Source: Pseudomonadota bacterium
GTDB taxonomy: Bacteria; Bdellovibrionota_C; UBA2361; OMII01
Length of the DNA: 64,000 nucleotides
Direction of reading: 5' to 3'
NCBI GenBank assembly: GCA_038134595.1
Contig: JAYPVM010000001.1
Coordinates: forward strand, 134,199-198,198
The notes beneath the pieces are model-generated. The model was not told the origin of the DNA and searched no databases. It worked only from the letters and a program-made list of their open reading frames with translations. Shown piece by piece: positions 1 through 12,370 of this stretch. Both the position numbers and the translations under genes were made by a program. Position 1 is the stretch's first letter; each line of letters starts with the position of its first letter.

Positions 1-1181
1 AAACTAATGTTGGTTCACAAGATGGAAACACACAAGAAGAATCGCCTAAGGTTCCTCATACTCCGTTTGTAGTAAAAAGGGTCAGAAAACCGGAGGAAAC
101 CGAACAAAAACAAGTCAACCATAATCAACCTTCAGAGACGAACTTTGATGGTAGCGAGGTGTACAACAACATAAATCCTCGTTACACGTTTTCTGATTTT
201 GTTGTTGGTAATAGTAACCAATTTTGCCATGCCGCTGCAATGCGCGTAGCAGAGAAGCCAGGTGAAAGTTACAACCCACTTTTTATTTATGGTGGTGTGG
301 GTCTCGGGAAAACTCACATGCTTCACTCTATTGGTAATGTTGTTTTACAGAAGAACCCCTCAGCCCGCGTTCTTTACATGTCATCTGAAACGTTTACCAA
401 CGAGCTTATCTTGGCACTTCGACACGCTAAGATGGAGGAGTTTAAAAAACGTTTGCGTACCATAGAGGTTCTTCTTATCGATGATATTCAATTCATAAGC
501 GGCAAAGAGAGAACCCAAGAAGAGTTCTTCCATACATTTAACGCCCTCTATAGTGCAAAACGGCAGATTGTAATCACATCTGATAAAATTCCTACCGACA
601 TTCCTGGAATAGAAGAGCGACTACAAACTCGGTTCTCTTGGGGTTTGACCGCTGACCTACAGGCCCCCGACTTTGAAACCCGCGTTGCAATCCTTAAACA
701 GAAAGCAATTCTTGAGGAGTTTCACCTTCCACATGAGGTTAGTCACTTAATAGCAGAGCGAATATCATCCAACGTGCGAGAGTTAGAAGGTGCCCTTACG
801 AGGCTCCACGCCATGAGCTCAATTCAGAACGTGCCCATCTCGTTGGAGATGGCCAAGTCAGCCTTAAAACCACTGCTGCAGCCCAAGATGGTTAACGTCA
901 CCGTAGATGATATTAAAAAAGCAGTAGCTACCCACTTCAGTATCAAGGTTTCAGAGATAATATCGAAACGAAGAACGAAAAATCTCTCATTCCCACGACA
1001 CATAGCGATGTACCTATGTAGAAAGCACACCACCGCATCCTATCCTGAGATTGGAGAACACTTCGGTGGTAGAGACCATTCAAGTGTTATTCACGCCGCT
1101 TCGGTCGTTACGAGCAAGATATCCACAGATGAAACAGTAAAAGAGCTTATAGAAGAAATAGAGAAGGTAATCTTAAGCTAA
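1..1181 (+). CDS. dnaA: Chromosomal replication initiator DnaA (5' end lies before the window)
   Basis: Walker A GGVGLGKTH, LLIDDIQF, NVRELEGAL and the domain IV motif IGEHFGGRDHSSV. The frame is open from base 3, so the GTG at 159 is internal. Confidence 0.98.
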   Translation, partial: TNVGSQDGNTQEESPKVPHTPFVVKRVRKPEETEQKQVNHNQPSETNFDGSEVYNNINPRYTFSDFVVGNSNQFCHAAAMRVAEKPGESYNPLFIYGGVGLGKTHMLHSIGNVVLQKNPSARVLYMSSETFTNELILALRHAKMEEFKKRLRTIEVLLIDDIQFISGKERTQEEFFHTFNALYSAKRQIVITSDKIPTDIPGIEERLQTRFSWGLTADLQAPDFETRVAILKQKAILEEFHLPHEVSHLIAERISSNVRELEGALTRLHAMSSIQNVPISLEMAKSALKPLLQPKMVNVTVDDIKKAVATHFSIKVSEIISKRRTKNLSFPRHIAMYLCRKHTTASYPEIGEHFGGRDHSSVIHAASVVTSKISTDETVKELIEEIEKVILS

Positions 1182-1580
1182 ATCTTGTATAAACAAATAC
1201 TTACAGAAACTTTCAACAGTTTATACCAATTGTGGATAAACATGTATTCCAGTAGTTATTAACAGAGTTATTCACAGGATGTTGCTATGTTCACTACTGG
1301 GTACCTAGCACATTGTACCCGAGTAAGTCGGGGGACAACTGCTGGGTTGTGGAAAACTGTGTGGATAAGGTGAGGGTTTACGGGGGGAAAGTTTGACTTT
1401 TAAAACCGTTTGAGAGCAGCTGTGGAAATCTCTTAAAATTTCCAAGTGTTTTTGCACAGGTTTTTTTTTTGATTAATTTCAAAAAAAGCAAAAGTTTAAG
1501 TTGATTTTCCCCAGCAAAGAGCCTTACTTATTACTATTAACTAACTATATATATATTTAATAAATATAGGCGATATTGAG
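1182..1580. promoter_or_regulatory. oriC: Replication origin oriC
   Basis: dnaA-dnaN intergenic region. DnaA boxes: TGTGGATAA 1231-1239 and 1360-1368, TTATTCACA 1268-1276, TGTGGAAAA 1348-1356, TTTTGCACA 1450-1458, plus degenerate copies. A very AT-rich tract at about 1461-1567 contains TTA/CTA trimer repeats. Confidence 0.9.
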
Positions 1581-2741
1581 ATGGAAATAACGATCCCCAA
1601 AGCAGAACTCTCAAAGCTTCTTCATGTAACTCTTGCAATAGCAGAGAAGAAATCAACGATGCCTATTTTAGGGAACATCCTTATCCAAGCCGAAAAAGCA
1701 CAGTGTAAGGTAATGGCTAGTGATATCGAGATCACAGCGGTTGCTAAATCCAAGGCTACCGTTACAAAGGAGGGTTCTATCACGGTCCCAGCCAAGATGT
1801 TTGGCGAATTAGTGAGAGAGCTTCCTGATGGTGATGTAACCCTGAGAAGTGGGGAGCGAGACAGGATAGAGATTCTTGCTGGTAGCTCGAAGTTAAAAAT
1901 TGTTGGCACAAGTGCTGACGAGTACCCTATTCCATCGAGCCTTGCTTTAGATACGAAGTGCAAACTCTCTGCGCAGACATTGGTTGAGATGATTAACCAA
2001 ACTCTGTACGCAGTTTCTCTTGATGAGGGACGCTACAACATGAATGGCGTTGCTCTTGAGTTGGTTAAGGAAGGTAAGGGATCTTCATTGCGAATGATTG
2101 CTACCGATGGCCACAGACTAGCGTTGATAACAAGACCGCTTGAGGGAGTTGAGTTTACAGGGCTTGTATCAAAAGGATCCAAGAAGTCAGACGGGGTAAA
2201 CGATCACGTAATTGTCCCTCGTAAAGGCTTAGCTGAGATCCGAAAGGCGCTTGATGCGGTAGGAGACACAGCAGTTGGGGTTGATGTTATTAATGGATTT
2301 TTGGTTTTAGAAAGCGCATCGTGGAAGTTGGTAGTGCAGCTCTTAGATAGTGAGTTTCCAAACTATGAGCAGGTACTTCCAAAGGAGGCGGGAACAAAGG
2401 TTGCTGTGTTGAGTTCTCAGTTAGCACATGCACTAAAGCGGGTTTCGCTTGTTGTAAGCGATAAGAACAAAGGAGTGCGACTAGATTTCTTCAAGAACTT
2501 AATTCGCGTATCGAGTTCTTCTCCCGAGCTCGGTGAGGCTCAAGAGGAGATTGAAGTGGATTACAAAGGAAAAGATCTCTCCGTTGGTTTTAATGCTCGT
2601 TATGTCATTGATGCATTAGCAACAGCCGGTGAGAGTCAGCCGTATATTTTAGAACTATCTGGAGAATCTGGGCCAGCTAAGATGTATGCTGAAGCGGATG
2701 AGTCTGCTATCGCTATCGTTATGCCTCTTCGATTAGATTGA
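1581..2741 (+). CDS. dnaN: DNA polymerase III beta sliding clamp
   Basis: MPILGNILI, ATDGHRLA, FPNYEQVLP, GFNARYVID and C-terminal VMPLR; lies after dnaA. Confidence 0.97.
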   Translation: MEITIPKAELSKLLHVTLAIAEKKSTMPILGNILIQAEKAQCKVMASDIEITAVAKSKATVTKEGSITVPAKMFGELVRELPDGDVTLRSGERDRIEILAGSSKLKIVGTSADEYPIPSSLALDTKCKLSAQTLVEMINQTLYAVSLDEGRYNMNGVALELVKEGKGSSLRMIATDGHRLALITRPLEGVEFTGLVSKGSKKSDGVNDHVIVPRKGLAEIRKALDAVGDTAVGVDVINGFLVLESASWKLVVQLLDSEFPNYEQVLPKEAGTKVAVLSSQLAHALKRVSLVVSDKNKGVRLDFFKNLIRVSSSSPELGEAQEEIEVDYKGKDLSVGFNARYVIDALATAGESQPYILELSGESGPAKMYAEADESAIAIVMPLRLD

Positions 2742-2808
2742 TTAAAACAGAGAGACAACAAAAGAAGAGTTTAGGCTAACACTCTTCGGTAGGTAGTGGG
2801 GAGTTTGA

Positions 2809-3924
2809 GTGTTTGTCTCTAAGATACGTTTTTATAACTTTAGAAACCTAAACGATCAAACAATCGAGTTTCACAACGGACCGGTTTACATAACGGGTCA
2901 AAATGGAAACGGAAAAACAAATATCGTTGAAGGTTTGTATCTACTCTCAGGTTCTCGCTCCTTTCGGACGAGTTCACAGGCCGAACTTTTAAAGTGGGGG
3001 AGCGATGAGGCGTCTGTTTTTGGAAACGTTGTGTCCAATAACGGCGAGGGTGAACTGGGGATTTCGTTTTCTAAAACCGGTCGCAAAGCCTATCGAAACG
3101 GCGATCAACTACAATCTGTATCGGATATCGTTGGTTCGTGTGGTGTGATCTCATTTGATCCATCGGACTTGTCATTGGTAAAAGGCGCTCCTTCGGGCAG
3201 GAGGAAGTTTTTAGATAGACACATGGTAGACCTTAACCCAGGCTTTTTAAGCACCATTATGGGCTACCAGCGGGCTCTAGCTAGTAAGAACACCCTACTA
3301 AAGGAGATTTCTGTTGAGAGGAATCAGATAAGCTCATGGAATGAGTTATTAACAGGTTTTAGTGTAAAACTTGTGGAAAATAGATGTAAGTTCATAAAAT
3401 TACTAGGTGATTTTGCCTGTGGATTTCACAGTAAGTTTGCCGGAAGAGATGGAAGTTTGGAATTGTCTCTAGAATCAAACTTTACCGATGATGGTGGTAA
3501 GGTTTTAGCTGAGAATAACATTCGCGCTCAATTTGAGAGGGTTAGAGATAGAGAGCTTGCTATGCGCTCCTCTGTCGTAGGGCCCCATAAGGATGATGTT
3601 GCCATAACTCTTTCAGGTACAGATAGTCGCGCGTTCGCCTCTCAGGGACAAACGAGGAGCATTGTTTTAGCCCTTAAATTGGCCGTTATCCAGATGCTTG
3701 AGGATGCAATCGGAGAGGAGCCTATTGTGATACTCGATGACGTTGATTCGGAATTAGATGAGTCTAGGAGAGAGCTTTTGTATAATGCGCTGGTTACCAG
3801 AAAAAGACAGATTTTTATTACTGGTACGGAGAAACCGTCTGAAAAAATGCTATCACTTCTTAATACCCAGGTGCAGGTTGTATCGATAGAGGCTGGGGAT
3901 ATTAAATATAGTGAGATCAGTTAG
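2809..3924 (+). CDS. recF: DNA replication/repair protein RecF
   Basis: NFRNL, GQNGNGKTN, GAPSGRRKFLD, GPHKDD, ASQGQTRS and ILDDVDSELD motifs; synteny. Confidence 0.96.
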   Translation: MFVSKIRFYNFRNLNDQTIEFHNGPVYITGQNGNGKTNIVEGLYLLSGSRSFRTSSQAELLKWGSDEASVFGNVVSNNGEGELGISFSKTGRKAYRNGDQLQSVSDIVGSCGVISFDPSDLSLVKGAPSGRRKFLDRHMVDLNPGFLSTIMGYQRALASKNTLLKEISVERNQISSWNELLTGFSVKLVENRCKFIKLLGDFACGFHSKFAGRDGSLELSLESNFTDDGGKVLAENNIRAQFERVRDRELAMRSSVVGPHKDDVAITLSGTDSRAFASQGQTRSIVLALKLAVIQMLEDAIGEEPIVILDDVDSELDESRRELLYNALVTRKRQIFITGTEKPSEKMLSLLNTQVQVVSIEAGDIKYSEIS

Positions 3925-4077
3925 TTGTGTGTGTTATACCCTAGTTTTCAACAGTTTGAAGTTAGGCGCACCAGTGGGGTAATCAAGAGAGATTGGTGTG
4001 GGAATGTAAAAAGTGTATAATTACAAGCATTTATAATTATAAAAATTAAATCTTTACTCTTTGCTAAAACTGCCTAA

Positions 4078-6564
<2,487 letters not shown>

Positions 6565-6580
6565 GGTCTACAACTTAATC

Positions 6581-7168
6581 CTATAAAGTATTAGGATCTG
6601 GTTTTTGCTCTACAGGCTCTTGATTTTGTACTTGCGGTCTAGCCCTGTTGTTGGCGGCAAAACTACGAAGCTCCTTCAGTGTTGCCATTGGATTTTCTGC
6701 TATCTTTCGAAAAGCCGTCTTAAAGGCTCGCATAGCAGAGTCATTATCCTTTTTGGTAACGTTATCCATGTTGACATTGTCTTTAATTGAATCTAACTGG
6801 GAGAGGCCGAGGCTTGTCCTGCGTATCTTCTTAAACATTCCACGTGTAATTGCTTTCGCCTTTCTAAGGCCTTGCAGGATATTTCGTGTGACATCGAGCA
6901 CTGTGTATCTCGGGTCTGTTTTAGAGGCTATAGCTTCGTGTATTCCCTCCTTAAACTTAGACATAAACTCAGCGGCAAGTTCTGGGTTTTGTGCCTCTAA
7001 TTGAAGGTATGTGAAAGCCGCAAATAGCTCTTGTTCATCTACCCTGGTATTTTCGGTTATAGGCTGTTGAGCGGCTCCTTCTGGGGTTCTTAGTTCAGCG
7101 ACAGTTTGCATAATGTCGCTCTCTGAGAATTGCGGTATTTTGGTGCCTTGGGTGGTTGAGGTTTCCAT
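6581..7168 (-). CDS. Hypothetical protein (195 aa)
   Basis: Long ORF with SD AAGGAG upstream; no recognisable motif. Confidence 0.7.
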   Translation of the reverse strand: METSTTQGTKIPQFSESDIMQTVAELRTPEGAAQQPITENTRVDEQELFAAFTYLQLEAQNPELAAEFMSKFKEGIHEAIASKTDPRYTVLDVTRNILQGLRKAKAITRGMFKKIRRTSLGLSQLDSIKDNVNMDNVTKKDNDSAMRAFKTAFRKIAENPMATLKELRSFAANNRARPQVQNQEPVEQKPDPNTL

Positions 7169-7698
7169 ATATATAGAGCTCCTTTAGTGTTTTTGATTTG
7201 TTATCGAAAAACGCCACGGTTTGTTTCCCACCTGCTTGAAAACCAATTCTTTAACCTGTATTCAGTATGTTATGGGTGATCTGAGTAGGGATAACGGGTC
7301 ATAGTTGACCTATAAGTTTTGGTTGGGTAATCTCTTCGCTCTGTAGTAAGCCTAGATTTGGCAAGTATCCTTGAACAAACGTACCGCAAAAGGTCCGGTG
7401 TAACAGAAGGGGCTACGGTAAACACGATTTCTGATAGAGCAGTAAGAGAGAGAAAGAGAGGAGTACAACATGCCATCACCAACAAAAAAGACTTGGGCAA
7501 GAAGGGACCATAGAGACGCTAAGAAGACAGCGAAAAGAAACAAAGACGCCAATAAGAAAAACGCTAAGAAGATAGCTGTTAATTCGCTGTAGTTTAGAAG
7601 TTATCAAAAACTAAATAACCATTGGAGTTACTCAAGAAACGCCGTGATGGTATTTGTTTTTGCTTCGTAGGCAGAGCGCGCGCCCTGGTTCTATTAGT

Positions 7699-8655
7699 TT
7701 AGAACCGGGGCTTGTTTGTATATCGGAACGGATTTTTGGGCCTTTCTCCCAAAAGTAGATCAATATAGCCCCTCACTTTTTTATAGCGTGCAAAAGCCTC
7801 CTCGGGTTCAAGGTGCTCGTATCGCTCAGATGTTCTCTCGGCTGTGGTGCCGTAAACGTGTTGTTCTAAAGCATCCACAGTGAAGGTAAATGTTTTTAAA
7901 CCAGATGTAATATCGGCTGTTTTGTAAGAGATGTCGGTTTGAACCTGTCGGATAACGTGCTCTAAATTCTCTGAGGTAGTTGCATTGTCAGATTGTTCTT
8001 CTTTTAGAGAGAGAAGTTTTGTAAGGATTTGTAATCTATCGGCGCAGGCTTCTTCTAGAAGCCGTTTGTTTTCAACATACTCTTTGACAGTGTCTTCGAC
8101 AGCAGCAACATGCTCGCTAAGCGTTTCGAGAAGGTGCCGTTTAGCTGGTGGGCAAAACTGATGTGCTTGGTTGATTAAAGACCGAGCACAACTAGCAAAG
8201 AGAGAGTATCCCTTTATATCCATTTTTCCCTTGGCGCTTGACTCAATGGGAGGAACGGGTATCTCATTAAAAACTGCTTGCAGGGTTGCGTCGCTGTTTT
8301 CGAGTAAACAGCCAAAGCCCTCGATTATCTGAGCGCTTAATTGCTTTGTAGCAATGGCATCTGCGGATAACCTTTCATTTAGGTGTTTTAAAACTTCAGT
8401 GCTAGTGGATAGTACCTCTTCTGTTTGGTCGAGTTGAGATTCTAGCTCAGAGTGTCTCGACGTAGTTTTACGTCGATTTTGCTGACTCACTGAGAGCACT
8501 CCTTCTAATTCTGTAACGTCGGCGAGAAGAGAGCGAAGCCGCGCTGTTTCAGCCTCTGCAAATCGAAGCTCATCGGAGGGTAACGTTTCATTCCGTAGTG
8601 CTCGAAGGGTAGCTATCTCTTGCCCCCTGTTTTCGGGATTGTTTTCTAACTCCAC
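7699..8655 (-). CDS. Hypothetical coiled-coil protein (318 aa)
   Basis: Long ORF rich in E/L/Q/A with heptad-like pattern; no motif recognised. Confidence 0.7.
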   Translation of the reverse strand: MELENNPENRGQEIATLRALRNETLPSDELRFAEAETARLRSLLADVTELEGVLSVSQQNRRKTTSRHSELESQLDQTEEVLSTSTEVLKHLNERLSADAIATKQLSAQIIEGFGCLLENSDATLQAVFNEIPVPPIESSAKGKMDIKGYSLFASCARSLINQAHQFCPPAKRHLLETLSEHVAAVEDTVKEYVENKRLLEEACADRLQILTKLLSLKEEQSDNATTSENLEHVIRQVQTDISYKTADITSGLKTFTFTVDALEQHVYGTTAERTSERYEHLEPEEAFARYKKVRGYIDLLLGERPKNPFRYTNKPRF

Positions 8656-8927
8656 ACACAGCTCTAATAATACGTCGTTTTATATGAGTGTAAACCATCT
8701 CAGCGCTTAGTCAATATTGGTTTTGTGTTTTGAGGAAAAGTCAGGAGAAGAGAGGTCCCCCTTCCCGCTTTCTGACAACGAAATGTGGAATAGGGCGAAA
8801 TATTTGCCCTAGGAGCGGAGGTGTTTTGAGTTTATAAGTTGTCTTCGAGAGTCGTGCTGGCAGATTTTGGGGAACGGCAGACAGCAGATAGATATTTATT
8901 GACTAGGGGCATCTAGGAGCTTTTAGA

Positions 8928-10379
8928 GTGTTATTATTTGCTATCGGGATATATTTAATCGGAACTATTTCGCTTGGATTATATGCAAGTAAGCGAGTTA
9001 CCGGTGCAAAAGATTTTATGGTGGCGGGTAGGTCATTGCCACTCTATATGAATTTTACATGCGTATTCGCCACGTGGTTTGGAGCAGAGACGCTTCTTTC
9101 GGTTTCAGCAACGTTTGCAAGAGATGGTTTAGAAGGAGTTTCCGGAGACCCTTTCGGCGCAGGTTTTTGCTTGGCGATAGTGGGAATTCTGTTTGCGCGC
9201 GCATTCTATAAAATGAATCTCCTTACAATTGGTGATTTCTATCGGGAGCGCTACGGGCGGCCTGTAGAGGTGTGCACTTCATTGGCAATAGCAGTTAGCT
9301 ACCTAGGATGGACATCTGCTCAGATGACTGCCTTGGGATTGGTTATGTATGTTTTAGCAGACGGTTCGATATCATTGAATCAGGCGATAGTGATTGGAGC
9401 TATAGTGGTTTCTGTCTATACGCTTTTTGGTGGGATGTGGTCGGTCGCACTTACTGATTTGATGCAGACCGGTGCGATTATAGTAGGCCTTCTTTTTGTT
9501 GCGTATTTTTTGGCAGAGCAAGCAGATGGCGTAGCAAACGTTATTGCTCAAGCGAGAAGCGCTGGTAAGCTAAGAGTTTTTCCCGCAGGAGGATATGTTC
9601 AATGGATTCCCTTTGTATCTGCCTTTATTACGTTTGCGCTTGGTAGTATTCCGCAACAGGATGTTTTTCAAAGGGTGACGAGCGCACGGGATGCGAAAAC
9701 CGCTGTACGAGGAACACTTTTGGGGGGAGCGTGCTATTTTGTCTTTGCGTTTGTTCCTATGTTTATTGCATATGCAGCAATTGTTATTGATCCCTCGTAC
9801 GTTGCGCTTTTTGCGAGTGAAGATACAAGAGAGATTCAAAGTATATTGCCCGATCTAATTCTCAGGAAAACACCGGTGTGGACACAGGTTCTTTTTTTTG
9901 GGGCCCTGCTGTCGGCAATTTTATCGACCGCAAGTGGCACCCTGCTCGCCCCATCAAGCTTATTTGCTGAAAACGTGATTCGACCTTTTGTACGAGAGGT
10001 TGATGATCGAGAACTGTTATGGATAGCTCGAATTGTACTGGTCATTTTTGCAGTCGCTGCTACAGGCTTTGCGGTTAACTCAACGAGTACGATGTATGAG
10101 ATGGTTCAGAGTGCTTATAAGGTCACACTTGTAGGAGCATTTGTGCCGCTCGCAAGTGGGGTTTTTTGGAAGAGATCTTCGACGGGGGGCGCGGTGGCTT
10201 CGATTGGATGTGGCCTCCTTGTGTGGTTGTTGTGCGAACACTATGTGTATGGGCAAGGCAACAGTTTTTGGAGCGTTGTTGAGCCACAACTCTATGGATT
10301 GCTTGCCGCCGTTATAGGAATGATTTTGGGAAGCACTTTGCTTCCGGGCAAAAGGCTCTGTTTGCGAGGAGCGCAGTAG
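8928..10379 (+). CDS. Sodium:solute symporter family (SSF) transporter
   Basis: DFMVAGRSLP, ATWFGAET, YTLFGGMWSVALTD, SIPQQDVFQR, SAILSTAS; many hydrophobic helices. Confidence 0.93.
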   Translation: MLLFAIGIYLIGTISLGLYASKRVTGAKDFMVAGRSLPLYMNFTCVFATWFGAETLLSVSATFARDGLEGVSGDPFGAGFCLAIVGILFARAFYKMNLLTIGDFYRERYGRPVEVCTSLAIAVSYLGWTSAQMTALGLVMYVLADGSISLNQAIVIGAIVVSVYTLFGGMWSVALTDLMQTGAIIVGLLFVAYFLAEQADGVANVIAQARSAGKLRVFPAGGYVQWIPFVSAFITFALGSIPQQDVFQRVTSARDAKTAVRGTLLGGACYFVFAFVPMFIAYAAIVIDPSYVALFASEDTREIQSILPDLILRKTPVWTQVLFFGALLSAILSTASGTLLAPSSLFAENVIRPFVREVDDRELLWIARIVLVIFAVAATGFAVNSTSTMYEMVQSAYKVTLVGAFVPLASGVFWKRSSTGGAVASIGCGLLVWLLCEHYVYGQGNSFWSVVEPQLYGLLAAVIGMILGSTLLPGKRLCLRGAQ

Positions 10380-10425
10380 TCGTAAAAATTGGGGCAAATG
10401 TTTGAGTTCAAAAGTATGCCAAAAG

Positions 10426-11883
10426 CTACGTTCCACAAAAGGTCTTGTATCCCTTCCATTCCGGAGGAGGCGGGGTGTGAAATACTTCTGTTGCCGGCAC
10501 TTCGGTATACGGGGCTCGCAAAAAAGAGAGCAACTTGTCTAACTCCTTGGAGTCTAGCGTTTGTTGGCATGTAGAAAGTACTTTTTCAACAATATGGTTT
10601 CGGGGGATGTAGAGAGGGTTTGTTTGTTTCATGGCCGAGAACGTCGCATCAGTGGAGCGCTTGTTTTTTGACAGGTGTATTCGATCGATCCATTTTTTGT
10701 GCCAGTGAGAGAGCGCGTGATTAGGCTCAAGGGGTAGTGAAGATTCAGAGATGAGTCTAAACGATTGGGTGAAATCTAACTTGTTAGAAAAGAGAAGGTT
10801 TAAGAAATCAGTTGCTAATTCAGCGTCCTCTGGTTGCGTCGTGTTTAACCCAAGTTTTGCTCGTATGCCCAAATGCCAGTCGGCGTGGAAAACGGTTTCG
10901 AAATGTTGTAGGAGATCTCGTGCTTTCTCCAGCGCTTTTGTTGTGTCGTCGTCTAGAAGAAACAGAACGGTCTCAAGAAAACGAGCGAGGTTCCAGTGCA
11001 TGATTGAGGGTTGTGCTCCATAGGCATATCGGGCGTTGACGTCAATTGAGCTAAATACCGTGGCGGGATCGTAGGTGTCTATAAAAGCACAGGGGCCGAA
11101 ATCGATGCTTTGGCCGGAGATGGTGATGTTGTCTGTATTGAGTACCCCGTGAATAAACCCCACGTGCAGCCATTGAGAGACGAGAGAAGCCGTTCTTTCA
11201 ATGAAACGTTTGCAAAATGAATAGACCGGATCGGGAGCCTCTTGGCACTCGGGATAGTGACGAGAAATGCAGTAATTGACGAGTTGTTCGATAGCGGCGT
11301 GTTCAGAACGCGCGTGGAGATACTCGAAGGTTCCGATTCTAATATGACTTTTTGCTACCCTTGTCAGGATAGCGCCGATGAGGGGCTTTTCTCTCTGTAT
11401 AGATTCCCCAGTGATCGTTACAGCGAGCGCTCGGGTAGTTGGAATTCCTACAGCAGAGAGAAATTCACCGACAATATATTCCCGAACCATGGGACCTAAG
11501 GCGGCTCTACCGTCTCCACCTCGCGAAAATTTGGTGCGACCGCTACCTTTAAGTTGTATGTCGTAGAGCTCTCCATTAGAGAGGCGATGTTCTCCTAAAA
11601 GAAGGGCTCGACCATCTCCTAGACTTGGCACGAATCGACCAAATTGGTGACCAGCATACGCTTGTGCGATTGGCGTTGTGTTCGGCGGAGCGGAATTTCC
11701 TGACAGCCATGACAGTCCGATAGAACTTCTTAGAATCGACTCATCTAGCTCGAGAAGTTTTACAAGAGGCGTATTGATAGCCAGAAGTGATGGGTTTTCG
11801 ACGGGGGTGGCGCGGGTGTGTTCAAAGAGGAGTTCTGGAAGAGAAGTAAATGACTTCTCTAATGGCCACGAGGGTGCACTCAT
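10426..11883 (-). CDS. selO: Protein adenylyltransferase SelO/YdiU
   Basis: YAGHQFG, LGDGRALLLGE, QLKGSGRT, GFIHGVLNTDN, IDFGPCAF and C-terminal TFCGT. Confidence 0.95.
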   Translation of the reverse strand: MSAPSWPLEKSFTSLPELLFEHTRATPVENPSLLAINTPLVKLLELDESILRSSIGLSWLSGNSAPPNTTPIAQAYAGHQFGRFVPSLGDGRALLLGEHRLSNGELYDIQLKGSGRTKFSRGGDGRAALGPMVREYIVGEFLSAVGIPTTRALAVTITGESIQREKPLIGAILTRVAKSHIRIGTFEYLHARSEHAAIEQLVNYCISRHYPECQEAPDPVYSFCKRFIERTASLVSQWLHVGFIHGVLNTDNITISGQSIDFGPCAFIDTYDPATVFSSIDVNARYAYGAQPSIMHWNLARFLETVLFLLDDDTTKALEKARDLLQHFETVFHADWHLGIRAKLGLNTTQPEDAELATDFLNLLFSNKLDFTQSFRLISESSLPLEPNHALSHWHKKWIDRIHLSKNKRSTDATFSAMKQTNPLYIPRNHIVEKVLSTCQQTLDSKELDKLLSFLRAPYTEVPATEVFHTPPPPEWKGYKTFCGT

Positions 11884-11963
11884 AGGAAGAAGGTTCCTTT
11901 AAAGGTTAGGGCCAAACGAGAGCGAGGCTCGTTGTAGAAGCAATGCCGTGTGCTTGAAAAAGC

Positions 11964-12368
11964 CTAGGCAGCAGCACCCATAGCACATCGTCCGACAAAT
12001 ACAGCACCAGGCTCTATTCGTATGCTTGGGGTTGTAACGTCACCTTCTACCTGAGCGGATTTCAAGATAGCAAGTGAACCTTTTGCAAGTGAATTCCCCT
12101 TGAGCTGTCCTTCAATAACAATGTCGCTTGCCACAAGCCTTCCTGTTACGGATCCTGTAGCTGCGACGATTAGCTTGCCTTCGCACGATATCTCCCCTTC
12201 TACGGAACCGGCTATAACGATATCGGCGGATGATTTTATATCACCAGTGACCGTTGTGCCTACGCTGACAAGCGTTGCGTTGCCAGCGGTGGCGGCTGCC
12301 GTCGAGCCGCCAACTGCCCCCAAGGTAAACTTACCGGTTACTGCTGTTGATTCTGCTGTTGTTGCCAT
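11964..12368 (-). CDS. Bactofilin (polymer-forming cytoskeletal protein)
   Basis: Beta-helix pattern TLVSVGTTVTGDI...IAGSVEGEI...IEGQLKGN...IEPGAVFVGRCAM; starts 2 nt after the parB stop. Confidence 0.92.
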   Translation of the reverse strand: MATTAESTAVTGKFTLGAVGGSTAAATAGNATLVSVGTTVTGDIKSSADIVIAGSVEGEISCEGKLIVAATGSVTGRLVASDIVIEGQLKGNSLAKGSLAILKSAQVEGDVTTPSIRIEPGAVFVGRCAMGAAA

Positions 12369-12370
12369 GG

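Noticed and set aside
7270..7620. Hydrophobic small ORFs (7352-7552, 7270-7500)
   Set aside because: No convincing start or SD, and the composition follows a purine-rich low-complexity tract. Possibly a decayed gene, but unsupported.
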